Part shown: positions 57,042-64,000 of the stretch, piece after piece
Numbering within the stretch: position 1 is the stretch's first letter
Layout of the letters: every line of letters starts with the position of its first letter
Origin: an uncultured Chlorobiota bacterium
GTDB taxonomy: Bacteria > Bacteroidota > Bacteroidia > Bacteroidales > JAADGE01
Direction: 5' to 3'
DNA: 64,000 nt
NCBI GenBank assembly: GCA_947311255.1
Contig: CAMZKL010000022.1
Coordinates: 10,801 to 74,800, forward strand
Notes under the pieces: model-generated
What the model was told of the DNA's origin: nothing
The model's input: only the letters and a program-made list of their open reading frames with translations
Database searches by the model: none
Made by a program: the position numbers and the translations under genes

Positions 57042-58406
57042 ATGAATATTACCAGAACCGAAAATGATGAGCTAACATCACTAATCTCTTTAAAAATTAC
57101 TAACAAAGATTATGAGCCAAAAGTTGAAAAAGAACTTAAAGAATACAGAAAAACAGCTCAAATAAAAGGTTTCAGACCAGGAAAAGCACCAATGGGCTTA
57201 ATAAAAAAAATGGTTGGTAATCAAATAATTATGCAAGAAGTTGATAAACTTGTTTCCAACTCTTTATCAAACTATCTTTTTGATGAAAAACTAGAAATCT
57301 TAGGACAACCCCTTCCATCAGACAAACAACAACCTATTGATTTAGAAAACAATACTGAACATGAGTTCTTCTTTGATATTGGACTTGCTCCAAAACTTGA
57401 AGTTAACATTGATAAAAAAGTATCAATCCCTTACTACAAAATTAAGGTTGACGATAAACTGATTGAAGATGAAATTTCAAAACATAAAAATCAATTTGCA
57501 AAAGCAGAACAAAAAAATGTGATTGGAGACAATTCATATGTAAAAGGGAATGTTATACAGGTTAACAAAGACGGAGATGTTGTTGAAGGTGGAATTTTAT
57601 CCGAAGCAACAATGATTGCAACAGACATTATAAAAGACAAAAAAGAAAAGAAAAAATTTGTAGGTTCAAAAATTGACGAAACTATTTATTTTGATATTAA
57701 AAAAGCGTTTCCTAACAATACTGAAATTGCCGGAATTTTAAAAATAGACAAAGAGCAAGTAGATAAAATTGAACCTTATTTTCAATTTATTGCTTCTGAA
57801 ATTACAACATATACTCCTGCAGAAATAAATCAAGAACTATTTGATAAAGTTTATGGAAAAGATTCTATAAAATCAGAAGAAGAATATAAAGAAAAAATAA
57901 AATCAAGTATTGAAAGTGCATATGTCTCTGAATCTGAATATAGATTTGGAATAGATGCAAAAGAAAAAATTCTTTCAAAATACGACATTAATTTACCTAA
58001 TGAATTCTTAAAAAAATGGCTGAAAGCAACTGACAGAGAAGGAAAACTTACTGATGAAGTTCTTGAAAAAGAATATCCGATGTTTAAAAAAGATACTCAG
58101 TGGCAATTAGTTAAAGGCCAAATTGCAAAAACACAAGAAATTAAAGTTTCAGAAGACGAACTTCGAAACGAATCACGAAAATTTACAGAAGCACAATTTG
58201 CTCAATACGGATTACCTTTAGGATCACTCCCCGAAGAGCAAATGGCTCAATTTATAGAAAAGAACCTTGAGAAAGAAGAAGACAGGAACAGATTTGCTGA
58301 ACGTGTTGTAGAAAATAAAGTTATTTCTTATATTAAAGAAAATGTTACACTTGTTGAAAAAGAAATTTCAATAGATGATTTAAAAAAATTATATGAACAA
58401 AAATAA
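57042..58406 (+). CDS. tig: Trigger factor
   Basis: 454 aa. The N-terminal ribosome-binding motif region (IKGFRPGKAP) and the tig-clpP-clpX synteny support the call. Confidence 0.92.
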   Translation: MNITRTENDELTSLISLKITNKDYEPKVEKELKEYRKTAQIKGFRPGKAPMGLIKKMVGNQIIMQEVDKLVSNSLSNYLFDEKLEILGQPLPSDKQQPIDLENNTEHEFFFDIGLAPKLEVNIDKKVSIPYYKIKVDDKLIEDEISKHKNQFAKAEQKNVIGDNSYVKGNVIQVNKDGDVVEGGILSEATMIATDIIKDKKEKKKFVGSKIDETIYFDIKKAFPNNTEIAGILKIDKEQVDKIEPYFQFIASEITTYTPAEINQELFDKVYGKDSIKSEEEYKEKIKSSIESAYVSESEYRFGIDAKEKILSKYDINLPNEFLKKWLKATDREGKLTDEVLEKEYPMFKKDTQWQLVKGQIAKTQEIKVSEDELRNESRKFTEAQFAQYGLPLGSLPEEQMAQFIEKNLEKEEDRNRFAERVVENKVISYIKENVTLVEKEISIDDLKKLYEQK

Positions 58407-58412
58407 AACACT

Positions 58413-59090
58413 ATGAACAATAATGAATTTAATAAATACGCACAAAAGCATCAAGGAATAAGCAGTCTAAATCTACATAGATATTCAAAAGCAATTAAAA
58501 GCAATTACATTTCACCTTCAATTATTGAAGAACGCCAATTAAATGTGGCCCAAATGGATGTTTTTTCTCGTTTAATGATGGATAGAATTATTTTTCTTGG
58601 ACTTCCTATTGATGATTATGTAGCAAACATAATTCAGGCTCAATTATTATTCTTAGAATCTTCTGACCCATCAAAAGACATACAGATTTATATTAATTCT
58701 CCTGGAGGTGGCGTATATGCAGGTCTTGGAATTTATGATACAATGCAATATATAAGTTCAGATGTTGCAACTACCTGCACAGGAATGGCAGCATCAATGG
58801 CAGCAGTCTTACTTGTTGCTGGAAAAAAAGGCAAACGTGCTTCTCTAAAACATTCACGAGTTATGATTCACCAACCAATGGGCGGTGCACAAGGACAAGT
58901 TTCTGATATTGAAATTACTTTTAATGAAATTAAAAAATTAAAAGACGAATTATATCAAATTATTGCAAATCATTCAGGCAAAACATTCAAACAAATTGAA
59001 AAAGATTCTGACAGAGATTATTGGATGAAATCTGATGAAGCTGTAAAATATGGAATGATTGACAAAATATTATCTAACGATAAAAAATAG
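58413..59090 (+). CDS. clpP: ATP-dependent Clp protease proteolytic subunit
   Basis: 225 aa with the catalytic Ser context TGMAASMAA, His in VMIHQP and Asp in DSDRDYWM. Confidence 0.96.
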   Translation: MNNNEFNKYAQKHQGISSLNLHRYSKAIKSNYISPSIIEERQLNVAQMDVFSRLMMDRIIFLGLPIDDYVANIIQAQLLFLESSDPSKDIQIYINSPGGGVYAGLGIYDTMQYISSDVATTCTGMAASMAAVLLVAGKKGKRASLKHSRVMIHQPMGGAQGQVSDIEITFNEIKKLKDELYQIIANHSGKTFKQIEKDSDRDYWMKSDEAVKYGMIDKILSNDKK

Positions 59091-59163
59091 TTTATTTTTA
59101 TAAAAATGTACTTATAAGATAAAACCATAAATGGGGAGTTTCAATTTTTAAAAACAAATATAA

Positions 59164-60387
59164 ATGGATAAATGTTCATTCTGTGAGAGAAAAAGAAGTG
59201 AAGTTAATTTTTTAATTTCCGGAGTTTCTGGCTTCATATGTGATGAATGCACAGGAAGAGCCCACGATATTGTTAAAGAAGAAAACAATCAAAATAAACA
59301 AAAAGGGAAATTTGATTTAAACAAAGTTCAACTAAAAAAGCCAAAAGAAATTAAAGCCTTTCTAGACCAATACATAATAGGTCAGGATGACGCTAAAAAA
59401 ACATTATCAGTTGCTGTTTACAACCATTATAAACGTCTATCTGTTAAAGATGTAACAAAAGACGATGTTGAAATTGATAAATCCAATATTATTATGGTTG
59501 GAGAAACAGGAACAGGCAAAACATTAATTGCAAAAACAATTGCAAGAATGTTGCAAGTTCCTTTTGCAATTGTAGATGCAACTGTATTAACAGAAGCTGG
59601 TTACGTAGGAGAAGACATAGAAAGTTTACTTGTTAGATTATTGCAGGCAGCAGATTTTGATGTTGACCAAGCTCAGCAAGGAATTGTCTTTATTGATGAA
59701 ATTGATAAAATTGCAAGAAAAGGAGATAATCCATCTATAACAAGAGATGTTTCCGGTGAAGGAGTTCAACAAGGTCTTCTAAAACTTTTAGAAGGAGCAG
59801 TAGTTGGTGTTCCTCCAAAAGGTGGAAGAAAACACCCAGAACAAAATATGATTCAAGTTGACACAAAAAACATCCTTTTTATCGCAGGAGGTGCTTTTGA
59901 TGGAATTGAAAAAAAAATTGCCCAAAGATTAAACACCAATGTTGTTGGATTTGACAAAACAGCTTCTGAAAACATTGATAATGAAAATTTTTTACAATAT
60001 GTAGCTCCACAAGATTTAAAATCATTTGGTCTTATTCCTGAAATAATTGGTAGGCTTCCTGTTATTACCCATCTTAATCCACTAGACAAAGAAATTTTAA
60101 GAAAAATTTTAACCGAACCTAAAAACTCAATTATAAAACAATACAAAAAACTTTTTAAAATTGATGGAATTGATTTAAAGATAGACAATAAAGTTTATGA
60201 ATATATTGTTGAAAAAGCAGTTGAGTATAAAATTGGGGCTAGAGGCTTAAGGTCTATTTGCGAAACAATTATGACTGATGCTATGTTTGAACTCCCATCA
60301 AAGAATGTTTCTGAATTTAAACTTACATTAAAATATGCAAAATCAAGATTGGAAAAAGCAAATATTCAGAAAATTAAAGTTGCTTAA
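59164..60387 (+). CDS. clpX: ATP-dependent Clp protease ATP-binding subunit ClpX
   Basis: 407 aa with an N-terminal zinc finger (CSFC...CDEC), Walker A GETGTGKT, Walker [10 protein letters not shown] and an IGF-like loop. Confidence 0.96.
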   Translation: MDKCSFCERKRSEVNFLISGVSGFICDECTGRAHDIVKEENNQNKQKGKFDLNKVQLKKPKEIKAFLDQYIIGQDDAKKTLSVAVYNHYKRLSVKDVTKDDVEIDKSNIIMVGETGTGKTLIAKTIARMLQVPFAIVDATVLTEAGYVGEDIESLLVRLLQAADFDVDQAQQGIVFIDEIDKIARKGDNPSITRDVSGEGVQQGLLKLLEGAVVGVPPKGGRKHPEQNMIQVDTKNILFIAGGAFDGIEKKIAQRLNTNVVGFDKTASENIDNENFLQYVAPQDLKSFGLIPEIIGRLPVITHLNPLDKEILRKILTEPKNSIIKQYKKLFKIDGIDLKIDNKVYEYIVEKAVEYKIGARGLRSICETIMTDAMFELPSKNVSEFKLTLKYAKSRLEKANIQKIKVA

Positions 60388-60533
60388 AACAGACACTAAA
60401 ATTATTTGTTATGCAACAATATTTTAATTGTTTTATATCATATTATTTAATGTTATTAAACATATATATATTTTTAGAATATTTTAAAATTATAAAACCA
60501 ATTTTGCATTACTAATTAATAAACTAAAAAATA

Positions 60534-60896
60534 ATGGTCTCAAAAAATCCCAAAATAGAACTTTGTGATATAAATGGTATTGAATATCTTCGTTTCACTT
60601 TCAGGGAAAAATTTTTAAAAGACCATGCAAAAAATGCGACACAAGAATGGAGAGAAATTTTCGACTCAACTTATGGAGAAAAGGTTCCTGTTATTTGGGA
60701 TTGTCTTGACATGACAGGATATGAGCATAAAGCAAGAGTTTTATGGCAAAAAGAAATTAAAAAATTAAAAAAACAAATTGATTGTGTTTGGCTTATTACA
60801 GACTCCAAACTTATTAAGGCTGGAGCAAAAACAATGTCTTTATTTACCAGTTTTAAAATAAATGTTATAGAATCTGAGAATCAAATTAACATATAG
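60534..60896 (+). CDS. Hypothetical protein (possibly STAS/SpoIIAA-like fold)
   Basis: 120 aa with no signal peptide. The pattern of hydrophobic strands is reminiscent of small STAS-like proteins, but I cannot confirm this. Confidence 0.45.
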   Translation: MVSKNPKIELCDINGIEYLRFTFREKFLKDHAKNATQEWREIFDSTYGEKVPVIWDCLDMTGYEHKARVLWQKEIKKLKKQIDCVWLITDSKLIKAGAKTMSLFTSFKINVIESENQINI

Positions 60897-60897
60897 T

Positions 60898-61923
60898 TTA
60901 AGATTTTAAAGCATTTTCGCATACTTCAACAATTTCTTCCGGTTTTATTGTTTCAAAACATTCAAGAGTTTTTTTATAACAAATTTTATTCCCAAAAACA
61001 GAACAGGGCCTGCAATCCAAATTTTCATTTTGAATAATAAAAGATTTTTCATCAGCAATAAATGGGCTAAAACCTGCAAATGGATGAGTTGAACCCCAAA
61101 TTGAGACAATTTTAATTCCTGTTAAAGCAGCAATGTGCATATTTGCAGAATCCATACTTATCATTAAATCTAAATTACTCATAATTTCAATTTCTTCTTC
61201 TAAGGAAAACTTGCCAATTAGAGAACTTACTTTTTCAAATTCATCTTCAAAAGATTTTGCAATTTTTCTTTCGCTAAGACCTCCTCCAAATATAAAAATA
61301 TCATAAGACTTATTATTTAATAGTTTAATTAAGTCTTTCATCTTCTCAATAGGATATTGTTTTTGTATATGCATAGCAAAGGGTGCAATTCCAATTTTTT
61401 TAAGGTTTCTATTTTTAAAGAGATCAAGTTCTATATCTCTCTTAGTAGAAGAATACTGGATATCATTTTGTAAAATAAGTTTTAAACCTGCTTTATAAAA
61501 AACTTCTTTATACCTTTCGGTTGAATGTTTTAATTGCTTAAAAACTTTATTCTCTTTTTTGCAGAGGTGTTTTTTTTCTCTTCGACCTTTTTCAATCTTA
61601 AAAGTTTTTTTTCCGGAAAGAATAAATAAAAACCTTAAAATCTTAGTTCGCAGAACATCATGAATATCAATTATAATATCAGGTTCAGCTTCATTTTTTA
61701 GTTTATTATAAAGTTTAAATAAACCAAAAATTCCTTTGTGCTTATTTTGAAAATCAGGATTAATTATACTTAAGTTCTTAATACCTGCAAAAAAAGGATT
61801 AAAAGCCTTTCTTGTTAACATATTCAACTCACAATCAAGACATTGCTCTGATAGTGCTTTAATTACAGGCACACTCAAAGCAACATCTCCCATTGCAGAT
61901 AATCTAATTATTAAGATCTTCAT
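60898..61923 (-). CDS. Glycosyltransferase family 9 (LPS heptosyltransferase-like)
   Basis: 341 aa with MKILIIRLSAMGDV at the N-terminus and MDSANMHIAA in the C-terminal Rossmann half. Confidence 0.85.
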   Translation of the reverse strand: MKILIIRLSAMGDVALSVPVIKALSEQCLDCELNMLTRKAFNPFFAGIKNLSIINPDFQNKHKGIFGLFKLYNKLKNEAEPDIIIDIHDVLRTKILRFLFILSGKKTFKIEKGRREKKHLCKKENKVFKQLKHSTERYKEVFYKAGLKLILQNDIQYSSTKRDIELDLFKNRNLKKIGIAPFAMHIQKQYPIEKMKDLIKLLNNKSYDIFIFGGGLSERKIAKSFEDEFEKVSSLIGKFSLEEEIEIMSNLDLMISMDSANMHIAALTGIKIVSIWGSTHPFAGFSPFIADEKSFIIQNENLDCRPCSVFGNKICYKKTLECFETIKPEEIVEVCENALKS

Positions 61924-61948
61924 TTCTTAAAATTTGAAATTGAACGGT

Positions 61949-62551
61949 CTATTTATCTTTTCTCAAAAACTCATTCATGCTTGGATCATTATACATTTTC
62001 ATTTGCTTATATGTTTTTATAATAGATTTACCCTGTTTTATATTGTCAAAAAGTTGGTTAATTGCCAAGGACAAATCTTCTCGTTGTTGCATAAGTACCT
62101 TAGTTTTAAAAGCACATTTATCACGATGTTCATTGTCGGCATCTTCACGTTCTGACTCTTCTTTCATGTGGTAGATCTTCAAATTTAATATTGACAATCT
62201 ATCAATTGCCCATGCAGGAGTTTCTGTTGCAATATATGCATCAGAATTTGGTTTCAAATTTTTAAACTCATTAAAAAAGAAATCATCAATAAGCTCAACA
62301 AGATCAGTCCTTTCTTGGTTGGACTTATCAATTGCTCTCTTAAAAATTAATGCCTTTTCAGGATCAATAGATGGTTCTCTAATTACATCTTCTAAATGCC
62401 ACTGTACAGTATCAATCCAACTTTTCTTATCAAGAAGATATTCAATAGACTTTTCTTCATAAACTGAAGATAATTTTGCTGAAATATCATTTTTAATATG
62501 ATATTTTTTAATATTTGCTTCAAAAATTTGATTAAATAAGTTGCTATTCAT
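61949..62551 (-). CDS. DUF4254-like protein
   Basis: 200 aa. Its position immediately upstream of a GT9 gene matches my memory of DUF4254 context in Bacteroidota. Motif: WAIDRLSILNLKIYHM. Confidence 0.6.
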   Translation of the reverse strand: MNSNLFNQIFEANIKKYHIKNDISAKLSSVYEEKSIEYLLDKKSWIDTVQWHLEDVIREPSIDPEKALIFKRAIDKSNQERTDLVELIDDFFFNEFKNLKPNSDAYIATETPAWAIDRLSILNLKIYHMKEESEREDADNEHRDKCAFKTKVLMQQREDLSLAINQLFDNIKQGKSIIKTYKQMKMYNDPSMNEFLRKDK

Positions 62552-62641
62552 GTTTTTAGTTTAAGTTTACTATTTCTATTAAAAATGTAAAAATAAGAAA
62601 AAATGATGAAGTGATGCATTTAATTAATTTGCTTTTTTTTA

Positions 62642-62649
62642 TATTTTTG
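62642..62649 (+). promoter_or_regulatory. -7 promoter box (TATTTTTG) for the acyltransferase gene
   Basis: Exact TAnnTTTG match 43 nt upstream of the ATG at 62693. Confidence 0.45.
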
Positions 62650-62692
62650 CACAAAACGAGATTAACTAAGATTTTAATTTATTAAATATTAT

Positions 62693-64000
62693 ATGAAATT
62701 AGGAAAAGTAGATAAGCAAACTCTGTTATATTCATCTTTAAAATTTTACGGAAAAATTATACATGATTTTTTCTTCTACAAAAGTGTTAAATATATTGGA
62801 ATTGAAAATATTCCAAAAGACAAGCCAGTTTTAATTGCTCCAAATCATCAAAACGCATTGATGGATGCTCTTGCTATAGTTTTTGCTCAAAAAATTCAGC
62901 CTGTTTTTTTAGCTCGTTCCGATATTTTTAAAAACCCAATTGTTGCAAAAATACTCTTTGCTTTTAAAATTCTGCCTGTTTTCAGATTAAGAGATGGCAA
63001 AGAAAAGTTACAACTTAATGAAATAATTTACAATAAAACCATAGAAGTATTAGAACTCAACAGGCAAGTTGCAATTTTTCCTGAAGCCCAACATATAGAC
63101 AAAAAACATATACGAAAACTGAAAAAAGGTATTCAAAGAATTGCATTCCAGTTTGAAGATAAAAATGATTTTAAAGCTGATGTGCAAATTGTTCCGGTAG
63201 GAATTTATTATTCAAATTATTGGAATTTCAGGTCAAAGTTATTGGTTAAATTTGGCAAAGCTATAAGTATAGCAAAATACAGAGAAGAATATAAAGAAGA
63301 CCCTGCAAGAGCAATAGTAAAGTTCACATCAACACTCCACGAAAAAATTAAGGAGCAAGTTATTCACATTAAAAATTTAGAGTATCATGATGAGTATGAA
63401 TTAATTAGAAAAATAGACATGAGTAATGTTTTAGGAAAACTTGGGCTTAAAGAAAATATTGAAAACGAAATAAAAGCATCTAAAATAACTATTAATAAAT
63501 TAGATTCTATAAAAACAGAAAGACCTAAGGTATTTGATTCTTTAATATCTAAAACTAAACAATATTCTGAGATATTAACAAAATATAAGTTGAAAGATTG
63601 GGTAATTCAAAACAAAAAAAGTAATATTCTTTTAAGATTTTTATTTTTGTTTATCATTAGTCCGGTTTTCATATACGGGCTAATTAATAATATTGCAGTT
63701 TATTTATTACCAGGTATATTAACAAGAAAATTAGAAGATAGGCAATTTCAAAGCTCAATAGTTTTTGTATTTGGGATGTTCTTTTTCCCTATAATTTATT
63801 TTTTACAAACTATAATAGTTTGGATAACCTTTAAACTATGGTTTGTAGCATTAATTTATTTTATATCTGTTCCGTTTTTTGGTTTATTTGCTTTTGAAAT
63901 TCACAGATTTTTCGTAAAAACTATGTCTTTATTGAGGTTCAGCAGATTAAAAAATAAGGAAGATGGAAAAAAAGCAGTTTACCTTAGAAATGAGATATTG
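62693..64000 (+). CDS. Acyltransferase (PlsC/LPLAT family) with C-terminal membrane domain; 3' end outside window
   Basis: I translated this frame by hand from ATG 62693 and found it open to the window end. It has the HX4D motif NHQNALMD and FPEAQH, with TM helices from about 63640 onward. Confidence 0.8.
   Translation, partial: MKLGKVDKQTLLYSSLKFYGKIIHDFFFYKSVKYIGIENIPKDKPVLIAPNHQNALMDALAIVFAQKIQPVFLARSDIFKNPIVAKILFAFKILPVFRLRDGKEKLQLNEIIYNKTIEVLELNRQVAIFPEAQHIDKKHIRKLKKGIQRIAFQFEDKNDFKADVQIVPVGIYYSNYWNFRSKLLVKFGKAISIAKYREEYKEDPARAIVKFTSTLHEKIKEQVIHIKNLEYHDEYELIRKIDMSNVLGKLGLKENIENEIKASKITINKLDSIKTERPKVFDSLISKTKQYSEILTKYKLKDWVIQNKKSNILLRFLFLFIISPVFIYGLINNIAVYLLPGILTRKLEDRQFQSSIVFVFGMFFFPIIYFLQTIIVWITFKLWFVALIYFISVPFFGLFAFEIHRFFVKTMSLLRFSRLKNKEDGKKAVYLRNEIL

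Overview
Strongly AT-rich chromosomal segment with Bacteroidota hallmarks: TAnnTTTG '-7' promoter boxes ahead of many genes, no obvious Shine-Dalgarno sites, the DUF6089-uppS-bamA-skp-skp-murI synteny, a TonB-dependent receptor and a GT9+DUF4254 pair. I call about 62 protein genes (2 truncated by the window edges, 1 interrupted) and 2 tRNAs, nearly all housekeeping. They include envelope biogenesis genes, a TetR-controlled TolC/MFP/RND efflux operon and an ECF sigma module. Metabolic blocks are a pyrimidine cluster (pyrD-pyrC-pyrEF, pyrB-pyrI), a complete citrate lyase cluster (citDEF divergent from citXG-citC), etfBA and menG. Also present are pspA, crcB, rsfS-ftsH-cdsA-psd, wza-wzc, tig-clpP-clpX and LPS-core genes. 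I see no CRISPR array, transposase, integrase, phage gene or recognisable defence system. The items most worth follow-up: (1) a tRNA-His with no encoded G-1, a G1-U72 wobble and an A73 discriminator, directly upstream of a long eukaryote/archaeal-like HisRS; (2) a eukaryote-style fused OPRT-ODCase (UMP synthase); (3) a roughly 210-nt structured leader of unrecognised class ahead of a TonB-dependent receptor; (4) a small HExxH zincin gene cut by an in-frame TAA at the catalytic Glu codon; (5) a protein of tandem DUF2007-like repeats between ftsH and cdsA; (6) G8 tracts and a hexanucleotide repeat inside envelope genes. All family assignments come from reading the translations and from remembered motifs. 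No database search was run.
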